A stretch of DNA of 64,000 bases from Octopus sinensis (Eukaryota), in assembly GCF_006345805.1 (NCBI RefSeq), contig NC_043010.1:31372001-31436000 (forward strand), written 5' to 3'. Each line of letters starts with the position of its first letter. Position 1 is the first letter of the stretch. The notes beneath the pieces are model-generated. The model was not told the DNA's origin, did not search any database, and saw nothing but the letters and a program-made list of their open reading frames with translations. Of the stretch, positions 25,675-38,379 are shown one piece after another. A program made the position numbers and the translations under genes.

Positions 25675-27891
25675 CATCATCATCATCATCATTTAGCGTC
25701 CGTTTTCCATGCTAGCATGGGTTGGACGGTTCAACTGGGGTCTGGGGAGCCCGAAGGCTGCACCAGGCCAGTCAGATCTGGCAGTGTTTCTACAGCTGGA
25801 TGCCCTTCCTAACGCCAACCACTCCGAGAGTGTAGTGGGTGATTTTATGTGCCACCGACACAGATGCCAGACGAGGCTGGCGAACGGCCACGCTCGGATG
25901 GTGTTTTTTATGTGCCACCGACACAGGTGCCAGACGAGGCTGGCAGACGGCCACGCTCGGATGGTGTTTTTATGTGCCACCGACACAGGTGCCAGATGAG
26001 GCTGGCGGACGGCCACGATCGGATGGTGTTTGTTACGTCCCCAAAGCACGGAGGCCAGTCTATGTGGTACTGGCTACAGCCACATTCGGATGATTTTCTT
26101 GTGTGCCACCGGCACTGGTACCACAAAGATACAAATTCCATTGATGTTCATCTATTTTGATTTGTTTTGATTTTCACTTGCCTCAACAGGTCTTCACAAG
26201 TGTCACAAGAAGGAAGGTATGCACAGGTGGACTGACTACGTCCCAGGTAGGGGCCACGGGTTATGGCCTGACTAGTCTTGCCGGGTCTTCGGATGGTGTT
26301 TTTATGTGCCACCGACACAGGTGCCAGATGAGGCTGGCGAACGGCCACGATCGGATGGTGTTTGTTACGTGCCCACAGCACGGAGGCCAGTCGATGCGGT
26401 ACTGGTTACGGCCACGTTCGGATGGTTTTCTTGTGTGCCACCGGCACTGGTACCACAAAGATACAAATTCCATTGATGTTCATCTATTTTGATTTGATTT
26501 GATTTGATTTTCACTTGCCTCAACAGGTCTTCACAAGTGTCACAAGAAGGAAGGAAGGTATGCACAGGTGGACTGACTACGTCCCAGGTAGGGGCCCCGG
26601 GTTATGGCCTGACTAGTCTTGCCGGGTCTTCGGTTGGTGTTTTTATGTTCCACCGACACAGGTGCCAGATGAGGCTGGCGAACGGCCACGATCGGATGGT
26701 GTTTGTTATGTGCCCACATCACAGAGGCCAGTCGGTGCGGTACTGGCTACGGCCACGTTCGGATGGTTTTCTTGCGTGCCACCGGTACTGGTACCACAAA
26801 GATACAAATTCCATTGATGTTCATCTATTTTGATTTGGTTTGATTTGATTTGATTTGATTTTCACTTGCCTCAACAGGTCTTCACAAGTGTCATAAGAAG
26901 GAAGGTATGCACAGGTGGACTGACTACGTCGCCGGGTCTTCGGATGGTGTTTTTATGTGCCACCGACACAGGTGCCAGATGAGGCTGGCGAACGGCCACG
27001 ATCAGATGGTGTTTGTTGTGCCCACAGCACGGAGGCTAGTCGATGCGGTACTGGCTACGGCCACGTTCGGATGGTTTCCATGTGTGCCACCGGTACTGGA
27101 ACCACAAAGATACAAATTCCATTGATGTTCATCTATTTTGATTTGGTTTGATTTTCACTTGCCTCAACAGGTCTTCACAAGTGTCACACGTGTCACACAC
27201 TTGCCTCAACAGGTCTCCACAAGTGTCACACACTTGCCTCTGCCTCAACAGGTCTTCACAAAGTGTCACACACTTGCCTCTGCCTCAACAGTTCTTCACA
27301 AGTGTCACACACTTGCCTCAACAGGTCTTCACAAGTGTCATAGGAGGGAAGGTATGCACAGGTGGACTGACTACGTCGCCGGGTCTTCGGATGGTGTTTT
27401 TATGTGCCACCGACACAGGTGCCAGATGAGGCTGGCGAACGGCCACGATCAGATGGTGTTTGTTGTGCCCACAGCACGGAGGCCAGTCGATGCGGTACTG
27501 GCTACGGCCACGTTCGGATGGTTTTCTTGTGTGCCACCGGTACTGGAACCACAAAGATACAAATTCCATTGATGTTCATCTATTTTGATTTGGTTTGATT
27601 TTCACTTGCCTCAACAGGTCTTCACAAGTGTCACACGTGTCATGCACTTGCCTCAACAGGTCTTCACAAGTGTCATAGGAGGGAAGGTATGCACAGGTGG
27701 ACTGACTACGTCGCCGGGTCTTCGGTTGGTGTTTTTATGTGCCACCGACACAGGTGCCAGATGAGGCTGGCGAACGGCCACGATCGGATGGTGTTTGTTG
27801 TGCCCACAGCACGGAGGCTAGTCGATGCGGTACTGGCTACGGCCACGTTTGGGTGGTTTTCTTGTGTGCCACCGGCACTGGTACCACAAAG
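25675..27891 (-). mobile_element. Concatemeric family-B element: six ~310-450-bp units, three 62-bp units, and an RTE-type tail with (GAT)n
   Basis: Anchor gatacaaattccattgatg recurs near 26128, 26460, 26801, 27109, 27556 and 27891. A 30-bp subrepeat lies at 27155-27340. Tail ...catgctagcatggaaaacggacgctaaatgatgatg. Confidence 0.85.
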
Positions 27892-28287
27892 AATACAATT
27901 TCACTGATCACTTCTTCAAAATATACAACCTATTTAATTAATCTCTCATTTCCCAATAGATGTTTCCTTTACAATATAAACACAAGACTGCTGTTCACTG
28001 GCTTTATATATACAAAATAACTTTTTACACATTTTGCATACATGATGTATTAAGGACTATATTATCTATTGTGTTCTTTTTTCTTTAAGTGGACAGGGTG
28101 TGATCAAAGGAGACTTCACTGGTATTTCTAGCAGATTCAGCAATATGTTGAGGTTAACCTGTTAGCTTGATTGTCTGTAGTTATACATGTGTGGAAAAAT
28201 TGAGGACAGTCGTGGCTAGAACAGGTTTGATCAGAGGTCTGCAGAAATGGAGATGATATATAGTTAAAGACAATATTAAATGCATAC

Positions 28288-28402
28288 CTGCTTTGCAACT
28301 GGCAACAGATAGTAAAAACAGTGTACACGCACTTCAAGGTGTAGTAGCAACAGACATATCTCAGCTAGATTTTGGAAATCAGTCACCAAAGATTTCAAAG
28401 AC
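28288..28402 (-). CDS. EXOC4: EXOC4 exon, SLKSLVTDFQNLAEICLLLLHLEVRVHCFYYLLPVAKQ
   Basis: Acceptor gtaaag, donor gtatgc, 115 nt, phase 2-0. Contains the conserved LHLEVRVHCF motif. Confidence 0.96.
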
Positions 28403-28729
28403 CTTTACAATGAGAAAATTAGTAAATATAATTAAAAGAATAATTAGAATTTAATATTGAAATACAATTTAACAAATACAATTTTATAATTAGAAAAAAT
28501 ATAACTTAATAAATATGATTTAACATAAGTAAAAAATATAATTTGGTAATTAAATATAATTTAATAAATTAATGTAACAGTTTATCAAACTATAAATAAA
28601 TAAATGAATCAACTATAAATAAATATTTTATAGACAAGAAAAATAAAGAAACTTTATTGTTTTTTATCTGGTTGTTTTCTTTTAAATATAGACAAATAAG
28701 CTTTATGTAATAATAGGACTGAGCAAACG

Positions 28730-29390
28730 AAAGCCATGAAGAATCATGCAAAGAGGGTGGTTGCGAGATCTATGAGGAAGGAGGCTGAGGATAGGTTGAG
28801 TGGGGTAGATGAGAACCCAGATAGAATCATCATCATCATCAGGTTTATTAAATCAATGAAAAAAGATGGAAGAGATGTTGAGGGAGGAAGATGCATGAGT
28901 GGGAGTGATAGAAGGTTGAATTTTAGTGAGAAGGACAGGGGAAGAGATTAGAAGGAGCATATGGTAGAAAATAAGGAACGAAGAGAATAAATGGGATCAG
29001 AGGGTGGAAATTGCTGTAGTGGAGGGGCCAATGGAGAGGGTTAGTCAGGAAGAAGTAGCAGAGGCAATGAAGGAAATGAAAACGTGAAAGGCAGCTGATC
29101 TATCAGAAGTGTGGAATTGATAACTGCAAATGGAGAGATAGGGATTGTTGTGATGTTGGAGCTCTGCCAGGTGTGCTGGATGGAAGAGGAATGCCAGATG
29201 ATTGGGCACTACATGTGGTGGTACTGATCTTCACCATCTCGTCCCATGTCTTCCTGGGCTTACCACTCCACCGTTAGAGTGTGACACTTCTTCACACAGC
29301 TGTCATCATCCGTATGCATCACACGACCATAGCAGTGCAGTCGTCTCTCTTGCACACTACATCTGATGCTTCTTATGCCCAACTTTTCTC
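28730..29390. mobile_element. Two RTE LINE fragments (+ ~28730-29240; - ~29245-29390)
   Basis: IKSMKKDGRDVEGGRCM on plus; LREKLGIRSIRCSVQERRLHCYGRV on minus. Confidence 0.7.
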
Positions 29391-29589
29391 TCAGGATACT
29401 TACATAAATGTACATATATGCGTGCATGTGTGTGTATACAAACACACACATAAATATATATATGTGTGTGTATACACACACATGTACACACACACAATCA
29501 CTATATACACACACGATGCATTCCAGACGTTTTGAGCCTTTTTGAGAGACTTTAATTTCAAAGTGCAAAACTCTAATCGCCATCAAAAT

Positions 29590-29850
29590 AGGATCCTCTT
29601 GTGTAGTGCCCTAGCCACTTTGTTAACAGCCTCCTTCATTTTCTCAATGTCTTCAAAACAACCACCTGAGCTTTTCAACAATCAAGAGTCACAAGGAGTA
29701 AGGTCTGGACTGTAGGAAGGGTGAGGGGCAGTTTTGATGCCCATCTCTGTCAAGTAGTTGGTTACCAGGATTGAATTGTGGTAACAAAATTTACCCCATA
29801 ATACTGAAAGTGGTGCCTCAGCATGGCCATTACCATAATAGCTATTAAAT
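29590..29850 (-). mobile_element. Mariner 3' transposase fragment
   Basis: MGIKTAPHPSYSPDLTPCDS on minus. Confidence 0.7.
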
Positions 29851-30026
29851 CTAAAGAGTGTGGATCTATCAGAATAATATAAAGTGGGAAGGAGAGGGAA
29901 GAGGGAGAAGGAAGAAATGACGGAGGGAAGTGGGGAGAGAGAGGGAGGGACAAAAAGGGAGGATGGGAGAGATAGTTGTTATTTCCCATTACTTGGTCTG
30001 TTCTTTCCTCCACACCAAATACTTAC

Positions 30027-30058
30027 GACAGGGTTTTCTCAGACACAGGCGGAATGTT
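30027..30058 (-). CDS. EXOC4: EXOC4 32-nt microexon, NIPPVSEKTL(S)
   Basis: Acceptor ttttgcag, donor gtaagt. Supplies the required phase 0-to-2 transition. Matches human DLPPVSEQ. Confidence 0.88.
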
Positions 30059-30657
30059 CTGCAAAAGAGAAATGCTATCAACCAACATTTGAATAAGATT
30101 ACAAAGAAGTCAGTTAAATGTGAATAAACTTGGATGTATGGGTAAAATTCTGTTATAAAGAAACTGGTGGAGTATGAAAAAAAGTTCAGTGTTGTCTAGC
30201 AAGTAACTTGATGTATGGTACTATGTCACTTGCTGGAACAAAGGACCTGGTCAGTATTTTTCTAGACTTGGTCATCTTGTTCTCACAATATAAGATTTAA
30301 GATATGCAGCCCCATTTTAAATACAGAAAGGAGTTTGAAGATTTGCATGCTACATAGAAGCTCTCTCTCTCACTGTCTCATGTACTCATTGTTTTAAAAA
30401 ACAGTAATGAGCTTGTTAAAAGATTCCTGGCTGATACAATAGGATAAGTAACTATACATAAAGTCCCATATTAACATGAACTTCTTGTTTTAGAGGCAGT
30501 AGTGAGTTTATTAGGCTGCTATATTTATTAAGATGAGCAAAAAGCTATCACATTGATCTATTTTTTCCATAAATTGTTTTCACGTCCATTTTCCACTACT
30601 AACATTGGTGTGATGGTTTAATAACTAGAGCATTAGTACTAATAACATCTCAACTGT

Positions 30658-31000
30658 AATCATCATCATCATCATCTAACGTCCGTTTTCCATGGGTTGG
30701 ACAGTTCGACTGGGGTCTGGTAAGCCATGGAGGCTGCACCAGGCTCCAGTCTGATATGGCAGTGTTTCTACAGCTGGATGCCCTTCCTAATGCCAACCAC
30801 TCCGTGAGTGTAGTGGGTGGGATTTTTACATGCCACCAGCACAGGAGCCAGAGCAGGCTGGCAAACAGCCACGATTAGTTGGTGCTTTTACGTGTCACCG
30901 ACACGGACGCCAGTCAGGTGACGGTAGTAACTTCCACGCTCAAACGGTGCTTTTATGTGTCACCAGCACGGGTGTCTTAACTACAATTACCATTCAAATT
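30658..31000 (-). mobile_element. Family-B SINE-like copy
   Basis: (cat)n-ctaacgtccgttttccatg...ggatgcccttcctaatgccaaccac homology. Further copies at ~5240-5460, 17580-17770 (+) and 57060-57290. Confidence 0.75.
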
Positions 31001-31218
31001 TTTTGATGTAATGGAACCTATTTTTGTTCATTCAGGCAAATCAGAGAAAGCAAAGCTTCAAACCTTGCTTTAAGGCACAACACAATATCAAGTAGTCAGA
31101 ACTGAGTGCATGGCTACTTGATTGAATCTTGACCTCACAACTTTTGTGTCTTATTTGTAGAAATGATGTTGCAAAAAAATAAAGTAAGATAAATCTAGTG
31201 CTGTATTAAATTACTTAC

Positions 31219-31269
31219 TGGGTCATTGTTTGTTTGGGTGGATGGTGTCCGACAGTGAGCAAACCATTC
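31219..31269 (-). CDS. EXOC4: EXOC4 short exon, EWFAHCRTPSTQTNNDP
   Basis: Strong acceptor (ttttattctccttacag) and donor (gtaagt), 51 nt, phase 0-0. Starts with EW as expected after HESL; the rest is divergent. Confidence 0.7.
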
Positions 31270-32027
31270 CTGTAAGGAGAATAAAACTTGTTACCATATT
31301 TTTCTCTCATTTTATCCCTCAGCCTGTCTACTTGTCTGGTCTATATACACAAAACAGGCTAAGAGACAAATACCAACAGATAGAAAAATGCCAGACAGAA
31401 ACACAAAGACATTCATACATACAGACAGACAAATAACATTCAGACAGACACAAACACACACACAGATACTTATACAGACAGACACACATGCATGCATGCA
31501 TGCATGCACACACACACACACAAATAACATATAGACAGACAACTAATGATTTTCAAATTACCCAAAACCTTAAACAACAACTGTCATGTCTTATCTTGAA
31601 CCAAACAAAGCATTTGCTGCCAGCAAGATCATTGTTTCCTGGTTGTTAATATATTTAGAGTGTATATTTGCAATGTGTGTACTTCAGGTTACCCACTATA
31701 TATCTTTTTATCTCATATTTTCTGTTCACATTACCACACATGACGCAAAAAAAACCTTCATCTCAAAAACACATACAAATCACTACTTCTGCTATAATCA
31801 CTACTTCCCCCTATTTTTTTTCAGTTTTTTTTTTTTTTGACATAATTCAAACCTGTGTAAATATTAACTTTTGGAAGTGAGCATATGCCATTTATCACTT
31901 AGGCCAGGTTGTACAAAGAAAATAAAAGAGATTGTACTATAATTATTGGTGTCTCTATGCATCCATAATTTCTACATTGGTTTCCAGGGTTTTACTCAAA
32001 AGGAAAATATGAACAAGTTATACTTAC

Positions 32028-32238
32028 CAAACTCTCATGGACATTTGCTACTGTCCTCATTTGGGTGACATCAGTTATGATCTCCTGCTGTGGAATCAAA
32101 GAGTCAGCCGTGGACAAATTACTGATTAAAATCATTGCTTCTTTCAGGTTCAGTGCTCTCATTTCCTCTTCAGAGCATGCTATAAGGTTCAGCTCTTGCC
32201 CAGCTGTTGGTTGTAGGCTTCTCCAGCTGGGAAGGGAC
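32028..32238 (-). CDS. EXOC4: EXOC4 exon, SLPSWRSL...LIPQQEIITDVTQMRTVANVHESL
   Basis: Acceptor acag, donor gtaagt, 211 nt, phase 2-0. Matches human SLPNW...LIPPQDIL...ANMHESL. Confidence 0.95.
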
Positions 32239-32924
32239 CTGTGTTATTTTAATAATTTAACAATTTCATTAATAATTCAAACGAGTGTCAGCAATGGAAA
32301 AAAAAAAGGAGGTGGGGTATCCATTGTGTAACCACCAGACCTAAACAATGTGACAGCCATACCATCTACAATAATCTTCCTATTGTCTCTTGAATAAAAA
32401 CCACATTAATCAATACAAACTTGATTACTTGATCTGATATTCAGTATACTTGCCAAGACTTTCAACAAACAGGGATCACACAAAGGGTAATAGGGGATTA
32501 CATGAGATCAAACAAGGATTGTGTGAGGCTAAATAAGTATCATAATGAAACTGAGCTTCTATATTCTCAAGGATCTGCTCAGTATAAGAGGTAAGTCTAT
32601 TTCAATATCTCAGATAATTTTGATATGAACAATAGCCAACAAGAGACTGTTTATATAACTAGTCCTTGATCTGTCCAATATGCCAGCCAAATTTCCTTCA
32701 ATAAATTTCTCTAACATATGGAGATTGATTTGAGTTCATCAATATAGTAATCAAGTACCTTCCGTCTTTAAAATAGGGACTACATGTGTCAGCAAGGTCA
32801 TAGATGCCTTTCAAATAGGAACTATATAAACCAGCAAGGATCCAACTGCCTTTAAAATAGGGACCATATGATTCAACATAAGAGTTCTATATAATAATAG
32901 AGCTGAAAACGAGGTAATTTCTAC

Positions 32925-33110
32925 TCTTCTCCTCTGGAAGCCATCTGCTCGCAATGCCAGAGGGCGCACGCTCTCTTACCCTGATATAATCTCCAGGGAT
33001 ACAGGCATCCAGCAACAGGACCTCCGTAATGCTATGATGGACCGTGAAGTCTGGCGTAACATAGTAAATTCCATTGTCTCGACCATGGTCGAACAATGAT
33101 GATAATGATC
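32925..33110 (+). mobile_element. 3' end of an RTE-type LINE
   Basis: RGRTLSYPDIISRDTG...AMMDREVWR followed by a (gat)n tail. Confidence 0.6.
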
Positions 33111-33506
33111 TATATAATCCTCACCTACTCAGTGTATCAAGTAAGTCTTCTAACAAAGATACAATTGTGTCTTTAAAATGTGATAAATCATATGACATCA
33201 TGCCCCACAATAAAGACAATCTGACCACAAATAAAATATATCAATGAAGTTTTATCCAAACTAACATAACTAGACATATCTGAAGTGTTATATGAATTAG
33301 TTCAGTCCACAATTTTCACTAAAATGAATATCATGTAACTCCATTACCAGAATGTCTATTAATCAGTAAATAATTATAATATTTGTTACAATATTTGTTA
33401 TTCTATATTTCTTATATAATAATTTAAAGTATACAAGTTGTAAAGTTTAAAATAAATGAGAGGTTTGTGGCTAAAGAATGAAACTAAGACAGAGTAAACA
33501 GCTCAC

Positions 33507-33588
33507 CTCAGGAATCTGCTGATGTCCTCATCTTTGGCCCACATGGCACTGATAATTCGTTTCTCATCAGAATCATATTGCACAATAC
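33507..33588 (-). CDS. EXOC4: EXOC4 exon, (G)IVQYDSDEKRIISAMWAKDEDISRFL(R)
   Basis: Acceptor ttttaag, donor gtgagc, 82 nt, phase 1-2. Matches human [25 protein letters not shown]. Confidence 0.95.
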
Positions 33589-33915
33589 CTTAAAACAAAA
33601 AAGATGATATAAGGCAGAGTGAGATGGGAGTGGATTAGGTATACTACTGCAGCTGTGGGTGTGTGGTTAAGGATACTGTACAGTCAGATAACTGTGTAGT
33701 ATGGTACAATACACTCTGAATATGACTATATACAATCTAAGTGTAGTACAATCATGCAGAGTACCTTACTCAAGAGTTTAACAAATGCATTCAATGATCA
33801 TGTGGTAATTCAGTGATCACCACTAAGCTTCTCTGAGTAAATGTATATGAATATATACACATCCAGATAGAGAATTGAAGTATACATACACAAATGGTGT
33901 GTATGTATATATATA

Positions 33916-33955
<40 letters not shown>

Positions 33956-33957
33956 TA

Positions 33958-35190
33958 TCATCATCATCATCATCATCATCATTTAACGTCCGCTTTCCAT
34001 GCTAGCATGGGTTGGACGGTTCAACTGGGGTCTGGGGAGCCCGAAAGCTGCACCAGTCCAGTCAGATCTGGCAGTGTTTCTACAGCTGGATGCCCTTCCT
34101 AACGCCAACCACTCCGAGAGTGTAGTGGGTGATTTTATGTGCCACCGACACAGGTGCCAGACGAGGCTGACAAACGGCCACGCTCGGATGGTGTTTTTAT
34201 GTGCCACCGACACAGGTGCCAGACGAGGCTGGCAGACGGCCACGCTCGGATGGTGTTTTTATGTGCCACCGACACAGGTGCCAGACGAGGCTGGCAGACG
34301 GCCACGCTCGGATGGTGTTTTTATGTGCCACCGACACAGGTGCCAGACGAGGCTGGCAGACGGCCACGCTCGGATGGTGTTTTTATGTGCCACCGACACA
34401 GGTGCCAGATGAGGCTGGCAAACGGCCACGATCGGATGGTGCTTGTTACGTGCCCACAGCACGGAGGCCAGTCGATGCGGTACTGGCTACGGCCACGTTC
34501 GGATGGTTTTCTTATGTGCCACGTGCCACCGGCACTGGTACCGCAAAAATACAAATTCCATTGATGTTCATCTATTTTGATTTGTTTTGATTTGATTTTC
34601 ACTTGCCTCAACAGGTCTTCACAAGTGTCACAAGAAGGAAGGTATGCACAGGTGGACTGACTACGTCCCAGGTAGGGGCCATGGGTTATGGCCTGACTAG
34701 TCTTGCCGGGTCTTCGGATGGTGTTTTTATGTGCCACCGACACAGGTGCTAGATGAGGCTGGCGAACGGCCACGATCGGATGGTGTTTGTCATGTGCCCA
34801 CCGCACTGACTACGGCACTGATGGATTTCTTGTGTGCCACAGGCACTGGTACCACAAGATACAAATTCCATTGATGTTCATCTATTTTGTCTATTTTGAT
34901 TTGATTTTCACTTGCCTCAACCGGTCTTCACAAGTGTCACAAGAAGGAAGGAAGGTATGCACAGGTGGACTGACTAGTCTTGCCGGGTCTTCGGAAGGTG
35001 TTTTTATGTGCACCGACACAGGTGCCAGATGAGGCTGGCGAACGGCCATGATCGGATGGTGTTTGTTACGTGCCCACAGCACGGAGGCCGGTCGATGCGG
35101 AACTGGCTACGGCCACGTTCGGATGGTTCTCATGTGTGCCACCGGCACTGGTACCACAAAGTGTGTGCCACCGGCACTGGTACCACAAAG
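33958..35190 (-). mobile_element. Second concatemeric family-B element (five 62-bp units plus ~3 large units)
   Basis: Same tail and units as 25675-27891. 62-bp units start at 34137, 34199, 34261, 34323 and 34385. Confidence 0.85.
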
Positions 35191-35939
35191 CTATATTGCA
35201 TTACACTAAGAAGCACTGCATGGTACTAAAATTTTTCACTAAAATCAACTATAACAAACCATTCCAAATTGTTGTTAGAGTATCTGCATCAAGTTGTATA
35301 AGTTGTAACAAAGAAGTCAACCCAAAAGTGATATTTTGAAATGATTTAATGCATGTTTCCAGGTCTGCATGATATATAATAGAATATGCATCCATTATGG
35401 AAGACCTTCCTTATTTAAAGCATTTCAAAATATGAAGCAACTGATGGAAATATCAGAACAGTTAGTTGGCTACTAAGTTTGGAGGCTAGATATGTATATA
35501 GGGTCATTCTAATGAAATTCAACAAGGGCCCATTGCAAAGCTTCTTAGATTTTCTTCAAATTTACACTATTTGATAGTATCCATGAAAGGAATTCCCAAA
35601 AGTTTTAGCCCCATAGTTGTTACAAGTCAGATTTTACGGTCATTTAGAGTTTTAGGCAATTTTCAAAATTTTTGAAATATTGAATTTTTTTTATTTTTAG
35701 GGGTCCATCATTCCAGAAAAATAGGTAGATAAAGTGATTGGCATAGTCAAAGTGTGTGAAAGAATAATTAAGCTTAGATTAATGCAACAATAACATTAAT
35801 CTTTGCATGCATTTTTCAATCTAGACAGATTAACAGAAAGACTGTGGTGTACACGAAAGCTTTAGTTCTAAACATGAAGAAGGAACAAGGCTGCTGGAGT
35901 TCTTTTATGTAAATGACTTGATGATCTGTAATACTAACT

Positions 35940-38060
35940 TTTGGAAACTAGCTTTCCACCAGACTATCTATCAATCTGGTAGGCACAGAAACTAGATTGA
36001 CTACAGAAGACAAAATAGACAGTTGTGAATGCAAAGTTCTTCCCTGGTGAAGAATGTACAACCTAACATAGGTTAAGGTTAGTGACATCAGACTGATAGC
36101 TAGAAAAACTCAAGAGATACAAACCAATCTGGAAAATATGGAAGCTTTAAGAACCATTTAATGGACAGAAATTTAGAGAAGTACTAGTTGAAGTATTTGA
36201 TAAAAAGGAGGAGATAGAAATGTATAACATAGAGGACAACTGGAAGTTCTTATGAGATAATCTACTGAAGTCTGCAGAACAAATTTGTGGCTGGTGTAAA
36301 TTCTCAGCCTGAGTGAGTGTGACACAGATGGAACAGTGAGGTAGACAGAATCATAAAAGAGACATGTTTGGAGAGACTGGAAGAATGGGGGCAGCAGAGA
36401 ATTATATCTGGTAGCTACAAGTGAAGCTAGGTGACAGGTATATTTAGCAAAAACAGAAGCAGAAAAGAAGAGGTTTGCGAATAGCATGGGGCTCAGAGGC
36501 ATGAGGGATTCTAGACTGCAAGGCAATGTATCAAAGAAAATCATAATGTGGAAGAGAAGTATGTACAGATGGATAAGGGAACACTTGCACTTAGTGATTC
36601 TGAAAAGAAAGATATATAGAAGTGCTGGGAGGAAGCAAGTCTTCTCAACATGTATCCAACAGAAGGACCAACCATTCTAGTTAACAACAAGATAAATTAA
36701 GGATATGAAAATGAAAAGGTCCTAGACTATCAGGAGTTACTACTGAGATTCTTAAAATATTTGTTGGTATATCTATCAGGCTGCATAGGAAAGTGTCACA
36801 CTCTGACTCTTGTAGTATCATCATATTTAATTGTTACAAGAGTAAAGATGCATTAGTGAGAAGAAATTACTGAGGTATTAAATTGCTGGAAAAGGAGTAG
36901 ATAAAAATTCCATGGTGTATACAATGCAAACTATAGAAACACATGGAGTGCAGTGGTATCAGAAAAGAAAAAAGAGAAAGTAGATTACAAATGGTAGATG
37001 TACAGGATCAGTAAGCACTAAGAGAACACAGGAAGTAATTTTTTTTCAAATGCCTGGGATACGTAGAAGTAATAGGTGGTTTCTATTATCTATGCAACCT
37101 TGTGAGCAGTGGAGGAGGATGTTCCCGAAAGTATAGATGCTAGGATAAGAACCAACTGGAAAAATTCAGAGAGGTATTAATTCTATTGGTAACAAAAGAC
37201 CTCTCAGAGTGAAAGGCAGATTGTATGAAGAGCAATACTACATCAAAGGGAGATATGAGCCATAAGTGCAGAGCTAGCATGCTTCACTGGATGTGCAATG
37301 TCAGTGAGCATAAATAACCAAGTATAAATAAGAGAAAAATTGTGTAGACAAGGAATCATATGTAGTGTGCGAAAGAGACAACTGCACTGGCATGGTAATA
37401 TGATATGTATAGATGGGGACAGCTGTATGAAGAAGTGCAAACTGCTTAATATGAATGAAGTACGTGGAAGAAAGTGACTCAGGAAGACAAGGGATGAAAT
37501 TGTGAAGGCTGATTTCAGGACTTTGAGCCTTACAGAAGAGATGAGTAAGGACCAAGATGATTGGCGACATGTGGTGCTTGAGAAAACCTAACCATCTCAG
37601 TGAAACTGAGATTTTGGAAGCATAGCTGTGATACCAGTGCCGGTGGCACGTAAGCGAACCATCTGAACGTGGCCATTGCCAGCGCCGCTCCGACAGGCCT
37701 CTGTGCCGGTGGCACGTAAAAAGCACCATCCGATCATGGCCGTTACCAGCCTCGCCTGGCCCCCATGCCAGTGGCACGTAAAAAGCACCATCCGATCGTG
37801 GCTGTTGCCAGCCTCGCCTGGCCCCCGTGCCGGTGGCACATAAAAAGCACCATCTGACCGTGGCTGTTTGTCAGCTGTGCCGGTGGCACATAAAAAGCAC
37901 CCACTACACTCACGGAGTGATTGGCATTAGGAAGGCATCCAGCCGTAGAAACATTGCCAGATCAGACTGGGCCTGGTGCAGCCTTCTGGCTTCCCAGACC
38001 CCAGTTGAACTGTCCAACCCATGCTAGCATGGAAAGCGGATGCTAAATGATGATGATGAA
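35940..38060 (+). mobile_element. Decayed RTE LINE running directly into a family-B sequence (37620-38060)
   Basis: Fragmented RT-linker and C-terminal homology (...RKR*LHWHG...GRLRKTRDEIVKAD...WRHVVLEKT), then ~60-bp hairpin repeats and a (GAT)n tail. Confidence 0.75.
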
Positions 38061-38240
38061 TGTGTATATACACAGAAATTCATGTGTGTACAATGCCTTA
38101 TCAATTAAGTTATATAGTAGAGGTGGTGGTGGTAGTAGTAATAGTAATTTGTTGTACAGAAACATGACACTAACATGACCACTGTCACTTAAGTATTTCT
38201 CCTCTCCCAATAAGTCCATTCAATCTCTGTTAATACTTAC

Positions 38241-38379
38241 CACGGTACGCTGAATGACATGTGTCTCGATATTCTTCAAGTATTTTACAAATCATGTTGA
38301 GGAATTGTTCTGCATAGTCTGGCAAGTCATGCATGAGGGCCTGAAGTTCCTGGATGTTCCGGTCCACAGTTACTGTACT
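38241..38379 (-). CDS. EXOC4: EXOC4 exon, STVTVDRNIQELQALMHDLPDYAEQFLNMICKILEEYRDTCHSAYR
   Basis: Acceptor ctacag, donor gtaagt, 139 nt, phase 0-1. Matches human LMHDLSAYSDQFLNMVC..EYKDTC.AAYR. Confidence 0.95.

Noticed and set aside
25990-26020. Hammerhead- or HDV-like motif in the 62-bp unit (CAGAUGAG...GAAC; GCC-UCGUCU-GGC)
   Set aside because: Core bases are wrong and helices I/III or P1/P2 are absent. A simple GCCAG/CUGGC hairpin explains it.
25845-26030. CRISPR-like array of palindromic 62-bp units (also 34137-34440)
   Set aside because: There are no unique spacers or cas genes, the context is eukaryotic, and the units are internal repeats of a retroelement.
25693-27907. Many overlapping GC-rich ORFs in the concatemers
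   Set aside because: They are open on both strands because of repeat composition, and there is no recognisable domain.
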